A stretch of 64,000 bases of DNA, from NCBI GenBank assembly GCA_963745835.1, contig CAVUZH010000013.1, positions 224,001-288,000 on the forward strand. Direction: 5' to 3'. Both the position numbers and the translations under genes were made by a program. Position 1 is the first letter of the stretch, and every line of letters starts with the position of its first letter. Below are positions 19,655-29,713 of this stretch, in pieces. The notes beneath the pieces were generated by a model that saw only the letters and a list, made by a program, of their open reading frames with translations, did not search any database and was not told the DNA's origin. This DNA is from an uncultured delta proteobacterium. Its GTDB lineage: Bacteria > Desulfobacterota > Binatia > UBA9968.

Positions 19655-21388
19655 TTAACCCTCGCCGCGCTCGACGATCTGCTCTACCGGCTTGAGACGA
19701 ATATCGAGCAAGGCGACCTGGCCGCCAGCCACGGCGCGCAGGCCACGCTCGACTGCTTTGCGCACCTCCCCGGGGTCTTCGACCTTTTCGCCATAGCCGT
19801 CGAAAGCTTTGATGATCTGCGCATACTCCGGACACGGAGCGATGTGCAGGCCGGAGAAATTCTTCGATTTCACCGCCCAGCCTTCAGGATAGTACTTCGG
19901 GATACCGGATTTCTGCGACAGATAACCCTGGTTGTTAAACATCACCGTCAGGAACGGCAGGTTATGCTCTTGGGCAGCCCCGTACACCGCTGGCGCCGGA
20001 TCGTAGTTAAAAGATCCATCACCGATCACGCACACCACAGGACGTTTGGGATTGGCCGATTTCACGCCCAGCGCCGTCGAGAGGCCAGTGCCCAGGCCAC
20101 CGACGCAGCCTGCGAAAAACGAGCCTGGCTTGAGTGCATCGAAATAACGATGAATAGCTAAACGATGCGTGATCGTCTCTTCCACGACCATGGCGTCGGC
20201 CGGCAAGACCTGGCTGATTTCATGCGCTACCCAGCGGGTGTCCATCGGTTTCTGATCGGCAAGGGCCAGCGCCTCGTCGCGCCAGGCTTTCCTTTGGGCG
20301 TTGTTTTTCTTGCCGATCTCCTCAGCGCACTGCTTGCGCGACGAATCGCTGGCGGAGACTTTACTCTTCAACGCGGCCAAGAGCTGTTCGAGTGAGCTTT
20401 CGATCTCACCGGTCAAACAGAGATCGGCCTGATAACCATAGTAAGGCATATCGTGCCGCAACGGATTTTCATCCAGAATCGCCACGGTCGCCCCCGGCGA
20501 CGGCGTCGCCGAAGCCGGATGCCACGGCGCGATTACCGCCAACAAGAGAATCGCGTCCGCGCCCGCTAATGCCTTGCGTGGATCGTAGCCGCTGTGCAGC
20601 GGATGAGTGCGTGGAAAATTAAGCGCGCCCGTGCTGCGGGTTTCGACAACCACACACCCCAGAAGTTCGGCGATCTCGACCAGGCATTGCACCGACTTTG
20701 CCGTGCGCCCCGAATCTTCGGTGACAATGACCGGGTTTTTGGCGCCGGCCAGCAACTTGGCAAGCTCCTCGATGCCCTTCGGATCGGCGGTCGCTCCAGG
20801 CGCAAAGCCAACCGAGGGAACGTCTTTGATCATCTTGTCGAAGAGATGCTCCATCGACAAAGATACGAACGTCGGCCCCTTCGGCGCGGCCATCGCGAGC
20901 TGGCAGGCGCGTTGAATCGTCGCCGGCAAAATCGCTTTGTTGTTAACGCCGAAACTCCATTTCACCGTTTGCTCGACCATCTTCGCCGGGCCGCCAATGT
21001 TGGAGAGATGACCCAACCACTGCCCTCCCGGATCCGGTCCTTCGTCTTCGCCATAGCCAATCGATTCACCGCTGAATACTACCATTGGCACCTGTTCGCG
21101 AATCGCGCCACGCATGCCCATGGTCGCGTGCAGCGAGCCCACTGTGGTGTGGATCATGACCGCCGGCAGTTTGCCGGTGGCTTTGGCGTATCCGCTTGCC
21201 ATGCCGACGGCTACTTCTTCGTGGCGCGTGCTCAGATACTGCGGCATGCCTTCGACGCCCGGTTCCGCGAGCGCCTCCCATACCGGCGACCATTCGGATC
21301 CCGGCGACGCAAAGATTTTTTCCACGCCCATTCTTGCGAGGACGCGCAGCATGGATTGCGCCCCGGTTAACCCTTTAGTTTGAATCAT
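19655..21388 (-). CDS. Thiamine-pyrophosphate-dependent enzyme (acetolactate synthase/benzoylformate decarboxylase-like)
   Basis: RHEEVAVGMASGY, GDGSFNY...NN TPP-binding motif. Confidence 0.92.
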   Translation of the reverse strand: MIQTKGLTGAQSMLRVLARMGVEKIFASPGSEWSPVWEALAEPGVEGMPQYLSTRHEEVAVGMASGYAKATGKLPAVMIHTTVGSLHATMGMRGAIREQVPMVVFSGESIGYGEDEGPDPGGQWLGHLSNIGGPAKMVEQTVKWSFGVNNKAILPATIQRACQLAMAAPKGPTFVSLSMEHLFDKMIKDVPSVGFAPGATADPKGIEELAKLLAGAKNPVIVTEDSGRTAKSVQCLVEIAELLGCVVVETRSTGALNFPRTHPLHSGYDPRKALAGADAILLLAVIAPWHPASATPSPGATVAILDENPLRHDMPYYGYQADLCLTGEIESSLEQLLAALKSKVSASDSSRKQCAEEIGKKNNAQRKAWRDEALALADQKPMDTRWVAHEISQVLPADAMVVEETITHRLAIHRYFDALKPGSFFAGCVGGLGTGLSTALGVKSANPKRPVVCVIGDGSFNYDPAPAVYGAAQEHNLPFLTVMFNNQGYLSQKSGIPKYYPEGWAVKSKNFSGLHIAPCPEYAQIIKAFDGYGEKVEDPGEVRKAVERGLRAVAGGQVALLDIRLKPVEQIVERGEG

Positions 21389-21465
21389 ATGTCTTCCTTT
21401 CGGTTAATAAGAAATCGCCGCCGGTCCGCACCAGAAATTTTCAAGACCGGCGGTCGCTTTAAGCG

Positions 21466-22485
21466 CTACGAAAGATTGTAAAATCGCTTGGCGTTATTTA
21501 GCAGAATATCCTTTTTAGCTTCCACCGACAGGTCCTCACGGTTCCACACAATGCTCGCCGATTCAGGCCAACTCATATCCCAGTGCGGATAATCGGAGGC
21601 ATACATCAAAGTCTTCGAGCCGATCTCGTTGACAACGTAGCCCATCATCTTCTCTTCCGGCTCGCAACCATAATAGCTGTTGCCGTTGGTCAAATACTCG
21701 CTCGGTTTTTTCTTGCACAGCGGAGCTTCAGCCTTGCCGCGCTTTTCCCATTCTTCATCCATCCGCTCCGCCCAATAGGGTATCCAGCCGCATCCCACTT
21801 CGAGGTAGCCGATCTTCAGGTCGGGGAAAAGTTCGGGAATACCGCCGAAGACGATCGCGGTGAGCTGGCGTAGCACCGGAAATGGATGACCGGTGGTGTG
21901 CAGGCAGATGAACTTATCGAAAATTTCAGTGCCGGGCTCATCGCCGCCGAAGGCATGAATCGCGATCGGCGTATTGAGCCGCTGCGCTTCTTCATAGAGC
22001 GGGTAAAACTCGGGGCTGCCAAGATTTTTCATATGAGACTGCGCCGCCAACATGCCGCCGCATAGCCCGAGTTTGGTGACCGCGCGGTTAAGCTCCTTGG
22101 CCGCTTCGGCGGGATTATTGACCGGTAGATTAGCCACTGCCTTGAGGCGCGGCGACGCCTTGCAGTAATCCGAAATGTAATCGTTATAAGCCCGGCATAG
22201 CGCCGCATTAAACGCCGGATCGCGGATGGCGCCGATACCCAAGCCGCTCGTCGGATACATAACGGCGCTCTCAATTTGCTGCGTGTCCATGGCAGCCAGA
22301 CGTTCTTCGTGTTTCGCCCCCGAAAAGCCCAACGTCCCGCCTAGATTGCGGTCGTAGGTTTCCCGCAGAAAAAACGGCGCTCGCTGGCTGCGATAGGGTT
22401 CGTCCAGATACGGCCGAAGATTTTCATCGAGATCGCGCGCATGAGCGTCCGAATCTAAAACTTTAAGTGCTTCTCTCAATTCCAT
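21466..22485 (-). CDS. Amidohydrolase_2 family (LigW/ACMSD-like) protein
   Basis: DSDAH, VMYPT, AYNDY, LEVGCGW, ASDYPHWD. Start at ATG 22485 after GAGGAG. Confidence 0.9.
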   Translation of the reverse strand: MELREALKVLDSDAHARDLDENLRPYLDEPYRSQRAPFFLRETYDRNLGGTLGFSGAKHEERLAAMDTQQIESAVMYPTSGLGIGAIRDPAFNAALCRAYNDYISDYCKASPRLKAVANLPVNNPAEAAKELNRAVTKLGLCGGMLAAQSHMKNLGSPEFYPLYEEAQRLNTPIAIHAFGGDEPGTEIFDKFICLHTTGHPFPVLRQLTAIVFGGIPELFPDLKIGYLEVGCGWIPYWAERMDEEWEKRGKAEAPLCKKKPSEYLTNGNSYYGCEPEEKMMGYVVNEIGSKTLMYASDYPHWDMSWPESASIVWNREDLSVEAKKDILLNNAKRFYNLS

Positions 22486-22500
22486 AATTGCTCCTCTATT

Positions 22501-22534
22501 TGTAAAACGTGTCATCTTGTAAAACGTGTCATCT
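22501..22534. repeat. Perfect 17-bp tandem direct repeat
   Basis: TGTAAAACGTGTCATCT x2, between two amidohydrolase genes. Confidence 0.9.
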
Positions 22535-23694
22535 CAGGCGTGCGCTGCCGCCGCGGCCACATGGGTCTCGGGCAACGAAGCCGCTACCTTGATTTGATAC
22601 AGCTCGGTAACGTTGCTATTGAGCAGCTTCTCCCGATCGGTAGGATCAAGATGACCCATATCACGCGCAATCACATCCCGCGAGTTGGGCCAGGTCGAAT
22701 TTTGATGTGGATAGTCGTTGGACCACATGAAGTTATCGCAGCCCCACCATGAGAACAATTTAGCGCCGACCGGATCGTTAAAGAATGTCGCATAAACCTG
22801 GCGGCGAAAATATTCGCTGGGCAGCTTATCGATGGTCAGCTTCTCCGAATGTCGATGCCGCTTGAACGCTTTGTCGCATTGACCGAGCCAGAATGGCATC
22901 CAGCCGATTTCATTCTCGACCGACACTACTTTAAGCCGAGGATAGCGCTCCAAAACTCCGGTAAAAATGATGTCGAACAGAGCGTCCTCGATTTCGCGAG
23001 TCTGTTGCACGCCGATACGATAGCGCTTGATGCCGTGGCTGGTCTGGCGATGCATGCTGTCGCCGAAGCCGGTCAGAATGTGCAGATGAACCGGCAATTG
23101 GAGATCCTGGGACGCCGCCCAAAATCGTTCGTAGTGCTCGGCGGTAAAAGGCAGCTTGGGATGGGGCACTTGCCAGATCATCGTGCCGACAATCCCATGC
23201 TCCTTGCAGCGCTTCATTTCGGCAATAGCGTGATCGATATCGAACATGGAAATAAGCGCGATGCCAAAGAGCCGGTCCGGCACTTTTTGACAGTATTCGA
23301 TCAGCCAATCGTTATAGGTTCTAAACAGCGCCTCCTGAAGCGCGGCATCCTCGAGACAGAACAAACCGAGACCGAGGCTGGGATAAAGCACTTCGGCCGC
23401 GACGCCGTCTGTGACCATGTCTTTCATCCGCTCGAGCGGATCCCAGCCGCCGGGGCGGGCCACGGAGAAACCGGCGCGGCGGAAACTCTCTACCTGGTCC
23501 GGGCGCTGCCCGGCCATGAACAAGCCGCCCACCGCTTGCACAGGCACCTCAGCCGAGCCGAACATCCAGGCATCGCGCTTTTCATCGAAAAACGCTTTCG
23601 GCGCACGCTCGGAAAACGATGACGGCACACCCTTCTCCCACAAGTCCGGAACCTCGATCACATGCGAATCCGACGAGATAATGGTTTGTTCCAT
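22534..23694 (-). CDS. Amidohydrolase_2 family protein
   Basis: SSDSHVIE, EVLYPS, YNDWL, WSNDYPH. Confidence 0.9.
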   Translation of the reverse strand: MEQTIISSDSHVIEVPDLWEKGVPSSFSERAPKAFFDEKRDAWMFGSAEVPVQAVGGLFMAGQRPDQVESFRRAGFSVARPGGWDPLERMKDMVTDGVAAEVLYPSLGLGLFCLEDAALQEALFRTYNDWLIEYCQKVPDRLFGIALISMFDIDHAIAEMKRCKEHGIVGTMIWQVPHPKLPFTAEHYERFWAASQDLQLPVHLHILTGFGDSMHRQTSHGIKRYRIGVQQTREIEDALFDIIFTGVLERYPRLKVVSVENEIGWMPFWLGQCDKAFKRHRHSEKLTIDKLPSEYFRRQVYATFFNDPVGAKLFSWWGCDNFMWSNDYPHQNSTWPNSRDVIARDMGHLDPTDREKLLNSNVTELYQIKVAASLPETHVAAAAAHA

Positions 23695-23708
23695 GGCTCC
23701 TCCTCGAA

Positions 23709-24704
23709 CTATTTTTTAGCCCATAGCTGATCAAAAAATCCGCTCTTTTCCATTTCATCGAGATAACGACGATCGATGAGATCTTCGGGTGAGACTTTTT
23801 TAGCCCGCGGCTCATTCGGAGCGATTTCGTCGAGAGTCGCTTGTATCGCTTCCGTCTTGATCGCTAGCCGCGGCTCGAGCGCCTTGATCTCGGCGTTGTA
23901 GGCGGCATCGAGAATCGGTTTTTCCGTCACCCGTAAATATTTGCCGAGCACCTTGTAAACAAATTCTCGATCGGTTTGCATTAGCTTGGCGGTGTCGGCC
24001 ATGGCGCGCATGAAATTACCGATGACTTGCGGACGTTTGGCGATTACCGAGCGCTTAGTCACGAACGCCGTGGCCGCATAAGGGATCTTCAAATCGGGTC
24101 CGTAGAGTACATAGTGGAATTTATTTGCCAGAGCTTTGGCGTCGGACGGCGGCGTCAGCGCGGCTGCCTCAACGTTGCCGGTCATCAAAGCCGCGAGCGA
24201 CTCGGGATCGCCGCCGCTTTGCATGAAGCTAAAATCCCGATTGGGTTCGAGGCCGTGCCGCCGCAGAGCCTGGATCGTGAAATAATGAGTGTTGCCGCCG
24301 ATGCGGCTGACCGCGATCCTTTTCCCTTTGAGATCCTCGGGTCTTTTGAGAGCTCCGCCCGCGACCAGACTCTGAGTCATGACGTTTTTTACCCCGCCGA
24401 CGAAAACCACATCGCTGGAACCGCGGACATAGGCGATGACGTTGCCGATACCGCCGGTCAGAGTCATCTCAGCATCACCGCCGAGCAACGCCGCTGTGAC
24501 GATGCTGGACGACGAAATAAATACCAAATTGAAATCGATATTGTGTTTCTTGAACAGCCCGGCCTCCTCCGCCATCCACGGCAAAGACTGCGACATCACC
24601 CGGGCGGAGTGGATACCCACCAGCTTGTCCGGGGCCGAAGCGGCATGAATCAAGACCGGCGCGAGAAGCAGAAAGTAAATCGCGGGAAAAATATTTCGCA
24701 TCAT
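23709..24704 (-). CDS. NitT/TauT-type substrate-binding protein (paralog of neighbour)
   Basis: WMAEEAGLFKKHNI, DLKGKRIAVSRIGG. ATGA overlap with the upstream gene's stop. Confidence 0.9.
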   Translation of the reverse strand: MMRNIFPAIYFLLLAPVLIHAASAPDKLVGIHSARVMSQSLPWMAEEAGLFKKHNIDFNLVFISSSSIVTAALLGGDAEMTLTGGIGNVIAYVRGSSDVVFVGGVKNVMTQSLVAGGALKRPEDLKGKRIAVSRIGGNTHYFTIQALRRHGLEPNRDFSFMQSGGDPESLAALMTGNVEAAALTPPSDAKALANKFHYVLYGPDLKIPYAATAFVTKRSVIAKRPQVIGNFMRAMADTAKLMQTDREFVYKVLGKYLRVTEKPILDAAYNAEIKALEPRLAIKTEAIQATLDEIAPNEPRAKKVSPEDLIDRRYLDEMEKSGFFDQLWAKK

Positions 24705-25720
24705 AGCTCCTTCTTTTTCCCCCAAAGTTGATCCATAAATCCGCTTTTTTCCATTTCGTCCAGGTAGCGACTGTCGATGAGTTCTTGCGGTTTGACTTTC
24801 TTTGCCCGTGGATCGGTTTGGGCCACTTCGTCGAGAATCGCCTGCAACGCCTCGGTCTTGATCGCAAGTCGCGGCTCGAGCGCTTTGATCTCGGCATTGT
24901 AAGCAGAATCGAGCACGCTTCTATCGGTAATACGCAGGTACTTGCCAAGTACTTTGTAAACAAACTCCCGGTCGGTGTGCATGATCTTCGCCGTTTCCGC
25001 CATCGCACGCATAAAATTTCCGACCACCTGCGGCCGTTTTGCGATCACCGAACGTTTGGTTACGAAAGCCGTGGCAGCGTAAGGAATCTTCAGATCGGGA
25101 CCATAGATCACGTAGTGATAGCCGCGCGAGATCGCAAGCGCATCGGTGGGCGGAGTCAAATTGGCGACTTCAAGCGACCCGCTCATCAGTGCCGCAAAGG
25201 TCTCCGGATCACCGCCGGTTTGCATGAACGAAACATCGCGATTCGGATCCATGTTGAATTTGCGCAGCGCTTGAACGGTGAAGTAATGGGAATTGCCGCC
25301 GATGCGGCTCACGCCGATTCTCTTGCCCTTCAAGTCTTCCGGTCTCTTGATGTTGCCGCCGGCGACGATGGTTTGGGTCATAACGTTCTTGATGGCGCCG
25401 ATGAAGACCACGTCGGTGGAACCGCGGACGTAAGCATTGACGTTGCCGACGCCGCCGGTGACCGTCATCTCGGCGTCGCCGCCGAGCAGCGCTGCGGTGA
25501 CAATGCTCGAAGATGAAATAAAAACCAGGTTGAAATCGAGATTGTATTTCTTAAATAGCCCGGCTTCCTGCGCCATCCATGGGAGCGACTGGGACATGAC
25601 TCGCGAGGAGTGAATACCGACCATTTGGTCAGGAGCGGAAGCGCCGCGCGCGGGAATTTCGCCTGGACCTAGCAGCGCTACAAGAACCAATGCGAGGATC
25701 AATAGTTTGCTTTCTCTCAT
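24701..25720 (-). CDS. NitT/TauT-type substrate-binding protein
   Basis: WMAQEAGLFKKYNL; long stretches identical to 23709-24704. Confidence 0.9.
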   Translation of the reverse strand: MRESKLLILALVLVALLGPGEIPARGASAPDQMVGIHSSRVMSQSLPWMAQEAGLFKKYNLDFNLVFISSSSIVTAALLGGDAEMTVTGGVGNVNAYVRGSTDVVFIGAIKNVMTQTIVAGGNIKRPEDLKGKRIGVSRIGGNSHYFTVQALRKFNMDPNRDVSFMQTGGDPETFAALMSGSLEVANLTPPTDALAISRGYHYVIYGPDLKIPYAATAFVTKRSVIAKRPQVVGNFMRAMAETAKIMHTDREFVYKVLGKYLRITDRSVLDSAYNAEIKALEPRLAIKTEALQAILDEVAQTDPRAKKVKPQELIDSRYLDEMEKSGFMDQLWGKKKEL

Positions 25721-25853
25721 CAGGTATTCTCTCCTGCTAAGAACGGCGGCTATCAGTTTTCGATTCGGTGATTCTTCTCAATATCTAGCCTTCTATCGCT
25801 TCAAGGAACCGATTGTCAAAAACAATGGCGTCCAGAATCGTTCGGCTCGAGGT

Positions 25854-26879
25854 TCACGACCCAAAGCGCTCTTTCCAGAGCGGGATCGCTTTGGGATTCA
25901 CTACCGTGTCAGGCGGCTTGCCGTCGAGAATCGAAAGAATGCTGCGTGCGGCAAGCCGCTGACCCGCTTCCAGCGAGCCCGGATTGTTGCCGATGATGTG
26001 CGGCGTCATCGTCAACTTGGTGGGGTCGACCTGGCGCAGGGGATTGTTCATCGGCGTCGGTTCTTCATCAAAAACATCCAACGCCGCTCCCGCGATGATG
26101 CCTTCATTAAGAGCTTGCGCCAGATCCGCCTCGTCGAACACTTGACCACGGGAAGTGTTGACGATGTACGCGGTCTTCTTCATCATCTTGAGCTGCGCTA
26201 ACTGGATCATCTTGCGCGTCTCCCGGGTGAGAACCACATGAATCGTCACCAGATCCGATTGTCCGAGCAACTCTTCCAATGAGACCATCTTGATGCCGAG
26301 AGGCGCCACTGTTTCCTGATCGACATACGGATCGTAACCGAGAAACTTCAGATCCCAGCCGCTCAGCCGCTTAACGACGTTACGGCCGATGCGGCCGACG
26401 CCGATGATACCGATGGTGCGGCCCGTCATCAGCATGCCGCGGTTCTGCGGCTCCTTCCAACCGCCCTGGCGCAGCAAAGCTTCGTTGAACTTCAGGCGCT
26501 TGAAAAGCATCACCATCAATCCGACGGTAGCTTCGGCAACCCCCAGGTAATTTTCCGGCGTTGGGCTGTTGCAGCAGAGAATGCCGAGGTCGGTGGCCGC
26601 ATCGACATCGACGGTTTCTATACCGATGCTCGACTTTACGACGGCTTGGAGGTTGGCGCAGGAATCGAGAATCTCGCCGCCGATGATATCGCGGCCCGAG
26701 GGAAATACCACCGCGGAGTCGCCGATCAATTCGACCAGCTCGCGCCGGGGGTATTTGTACTCGCGGAAGTCGTCCTGGTTTTTCCCCATCACCAGTTCAC
26801 AACCGGCGCCACGCAGAATTTCTTCGGCGACTTTGAGCCGTGTCGGACCGGTAAAGCAAACTTTTCGTGTTGTTGCCAT
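25854..26879 (-). CDS. D-isomer-specific 2-hydroxyacid dehydrogenase
   Basis: GIIGVGRIG, VNTSRG, AALDVFDEEP, TPHI. Start at ATG 26879 (MATTRK). Confidence 0.92.
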   Translation of the reverse strand: MATTRKVCFTGPTRLKVAEEILRGAGCELVMGKNQDDFREYKYPRRELVELIGDSAVVFPSGRDIIGGEILDSCANLQAVVKSSIGIETVDVDAATDLGILCCNSPTPENYLGVAEATVGLMVMLFKRLKFNEALLRQGGWKEPQNRGMLMTGRTIGIIGVGRIGRNVVKRLSGWDLKFLGYDPYVDQETVAPLGIKMVSLEELLGQSDLVTIHVVLTRETRKMIQLAQLKMMKKTAYIVNTSRGQVFDEADLAQALNEGIIAGAALDVFDEEPTPMNNPLRQVDPTKLTMTPHIIGNNPGSLEAGQRLAARSILSILDGKPPDTVVNPKAIPLWKERFGS

Positions 26880-26889
26880 AGGTCGGGTC

Positions 26890-27912
26890 TCAGCTGAGGT
26901 TGTAAAGTTTTTTCGCGGTCTCAGCGAGAAGCCATTTCTTGGCCTCGTCGTTGAGATCCTTTCGTCTGGCGAGGTGATCGATGTTTTCAGGAAATTCAGT
27001 GTCCCAATGCGGGTAATCCGAAGCATAATAAATGACGTTGTGCGAAATCACCTCAGTGGTAGCGCCAATCAAAGGCTCGTAATCCTCGGCATGGAAGTAG
27101 ATTCGCCCTTCCTTGAAGTATTCCGTTGGTTTCTTCTTGCATTTGGGAGCTTCCACCGCACCCCGCTTTTCCCACTCCTCATTCATTCGCCCGAACCAGT
27201 AAGGCGCCCAGCTACAACCGGCCTCCATATAAGCAACACGGAGTTTGGGGAATTGATCAAAAACGCCGCGGAACATCATGCTCGTGCACTGCATCATTTG
27301 GGCAAAGGAATGAGACAGCGTATGAACTTCGATAAACTGATCGAACATGTCGGCGGCAAAATAATGCGGGCCGCGCACCGTGGCATGAATCCCGACCATG
27401 CAATCGAGCCTCTCCGCTTCTTGGTAAATCGGCCAGAAGCTCTCGTGCCCTAATGGCAGTCTTAAGCCCACTGCCGGCAGCATGACACCGGGCAGCTTGA
27501 GTTCCGTTACCGCGCGCCGCAGCTCTTTGACCGCTTCAGGCACGTCCTGGAAGGGAATCAGCGCCACTGCCTTGAGACGTGGGCTGACTTTTTGAAACTC
27601 TTCCGAAACAAAGTCGTTCCATGCCTTGGAATAAGCCACCGCCACATCGGGCTCGCGGATCCAACCGACGCTGAGACCATTGGTGGGATAAAGCACCGCC
27701 GTCGAAACACCGCCCCGATCCATCGCATCAAGCCAGCTTCTGGCATCTTTAGCGCGAGTCCCTAATGTTCCGCCGATCGAACGGTCCCAGCTATCGCGCG
27801 GCGTCAGTGTAGCGGCCCGATCGCGATAACGCGCGTCCATATACTGTTTGAGCTGGTTATCCTCTTCAGTGATGTGACCGTCAGCATCAATGACTTCAAA
27901 ATTGTGCGCCAT
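26890..27912 (-). CDS. Amidohydrolase_2 family protein
   Basis: IDADGH, VLYPT, EAGCSW, ASDYPHWD. Confidence 0.9.
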   Translation of the reverse strand: MAHNFEVIDADGHITEEDNQLKQYMDARYRDRAATLTPRDSWDRSIGGTLGTRAKDARSWLDAMDRGGVSTAVLYPTNGLSVGWIREPDVAVAYSKAWNDFVSEEFQKVSPRLKAVALIPFQDVPEAVKELRRAVTELKLPGVMLPAVGLRLPLGHESFWPIYQEAERLDCMVGIHATVRGPHYFAADMFDQFIEVHTLSHSFAQMMQCTSMMFRGVFDQFPKLRVAYMEAGCSWAPYWFGRMNEEWEKRGAVEAPKCKKKPTEYFKEGRIYFHAEDYEPLIGATTEVISHNVIYYASDYPHWDTEFPENIDHLARRKDLNDEAKKWLLAETAKKLYNLS

Positions 27913-28070
27913 AATGACTCATCCCTTTCTTTTTGGATTCCTCTCAAACCGTCTACGCCTCAACAGACTTGTGTGTCAAGAGAACGGTGTACCCAATAAA
28001 CGATTCAGGCTATTCTGTGAGCGCGCTTCGCCAGCGGTCGCAGCCGGCGGTTTAAAGGACAGAAGAGCCT

Positions 28071-28364
28071 ATGAAGAAATACTGTTATTGGGGAGTTCTG
28101 ATCGCCTGGGTATTGTGGATCCGAACTCAGAGCCCCACGAGTGATAGTTGGAATGCCTTACCGGGTTTTGCAAGCCGCGAACTGTGCGCCGTTAATGCAA
28201 AGGAGAAGGTGGCTGTGTGGCGGCAGTTCAAAGATGCCGTGATCCGCGACAATACCGTTACATTTACGGACAACAACACTACCATGACCTACATTTGCTT
28301 GAGCGACGACGATGATCCGCGGCGTAAGCCGAAGCCGGCGGCACCCAAGCAGCCGGTCAGTTAG
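28071..28364 (+). CDS. Small secreted hypothetical protein
   Basis: Hydrophobic N-terminus with AWVLW, two further Cys, C-terminal CLSDDDDPR. Confidence 0.65.
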   Translation: MKKYCYWGVLIAWVLWIRTQSPTSDSWNALPGFASRELCAVNAKEKVAVWRQFKDAVIRDNTVTFTDNNTTMTYICLSDDDDPRRKPKPAAPKQPVS

Positions 28365-28585
28365 CCCGCTGATTAAAAGTCTCATCGTTCGACACTGCGA
28401 CTTGACCCAGTGCCGGCAACGTTCCGACTGGCCCCCTTCGTGTTCGTGCCCGCGTGTTCGTAATCATTCGGAATTCCTCAATCACGTTTGCACCACACGA
28501 TCACGAGGACTCGGGCTACCTTCAGAGCTTTGAGAGCAGCGCGCTGCGGAGCTACAGAAGCAATCTGTCACGTTCCCCGAAATGA

Positions 28586-29533
28586 TCACGCGTTCTCTAT
28601 CTTGCCAATCACTCCCTGCGCCAACCATTCCATCCGCTCGAGGGTCTCGGGGGCGCTGGGACGGCGCACGTCAAAGATCAAGGTATCGACACCAGCATCA
28701 CGATAGTCTTGAATATCGCCGATGATCTCATCATCGGCACCGACAAACCTTCGTCTCTTGCCGGGAACGGTTTGTTTTTCGCGATCGTACAACGAACCTT
28801 TGAGCGCGACGAGAATAGCGTCCGGATTTCGACCGGCGGCTTGAGCAAAGCTTCGCAGAGTCTCTACATCCTGCTTTAGATCCTCGGGTTCGAGAGGAAT
28901 GGTGGGAACCCCGCCAATGGGATGCCAACCATCGCCGAGTTGTCCTGCGCGTCTCAAAGCTTGCCTGCTGTGCCCGCCTATCCATATCGGTATGGCCGGC
29001 TTCTGCACCGGTTTGGGCAAAAAGATGATATCGGAAAAGCTGCAATATTCTCCCTGAAAAGACGGATTATCCTGCGTCCATAGCTCTCGAAACGCGCGGA
29101 TATATTCATCGGTCACCCGCCCTCGCTCCGGGTATGGCGGCGCCCTTAAATTTTCAAATTCTTCCTTCATCCAGCCGACCCCTAGTCCGACAATGATCCT
29201 GCCGTTGGATAGAACATCGAGCGAGGCGAGCATCTTGGCGGTAATCACCGGATTGCGATACGGCGCGATCATAACGCTGGTAACGAAACGTATGCGGGTG
29301 GTTGCCCCGGCGAGAAAGCCAATGGTGGTCAATGTCTCGAGATGATAGCCAGCGCCCGGGTATTTGCCGTCGGCTGTGTAAGGATAAGGAACGGAGATAT
29401 TCTTGGGCACGATGATGTGATCGGCAACCGTAATACAGTAAAACCCCAGCTCCTCGGCGCGCCGGGCAAACCTTACCAGGTCTTGTGACGTCACGGTGCC
29501 GGTCGAAGCCGGTAAATGGAGTCCAAACTGCAT
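28586..29533 (-). CDS. LLM class, probably F420-dependent oxidoreductase
   Basis: AEELGF, ADHI, LASLDVLSNGR, GVGWMKEEF, PKPVQKP, WIGG, DGWHP. Confidence 0.9.
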   Translation of the reverse strand: MQFGLHLPASTGTVTSQDLVRFARRAEELGFYCITVADHIIVPKNISVPYPYTADGKYPGAGYHLETLTTIGFLAGATTRIRFVTSVMIAPYRNPVITAKMLASLDVLSNGRIIVGLGVGWMKEEFENLRAPPYPERGRVTDEYIRAFRELWTQDNPSFQGEYCSFSDIIFLPKPVQKPAIPIWIGGHSRQALRRAGQLGDGWHPIGGVPTIPLEPEDLKQDVETLRSFAQAAGRNPDAILVALKGSLYDREKQTVPGKRRRFVGADDEIIGDIQDYRDAGVDTLIFDVRRPSAPETLERMEWLAQGVIGKIENA

Positions 29534-29588
29534 AGGCTTTTCCTCTTTGAATGTTTGCCTCTAGCGATTGCTGGAAAACCTTGCTTTG

Positions 29589-29713
29589 CAGGCTGCTCAA
29601 AAAGATCCAGAGGCGACGAGTGCGACAAATCGACGAGCGGAGACGTACTTACCAGTACGTTGGAGCGAGGCGATAGAGCGCAAGGAAGCCTATGGGTCTT
29701 TTTCAGCGGCCTG
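29589..29713. mobile_element. MITE-like element family A, copy 2
   Basis: CAGGCTGCTCAAAAAG / CTTTTTCAGCGGCCTG ends, ACGTACT..AGTACGT hairpin; overlaps the MOSC 3' end. Confidence 0.75.

Noticed and set aside
20594-21370. Long + strand ORFs opposite genes (e.g. 20594, 22849, 24027, 24728, 26569) and the minus ORF 61529
   Set aside because: Antisense shadows of well-supported genes, typical of GC-rich codon usage.
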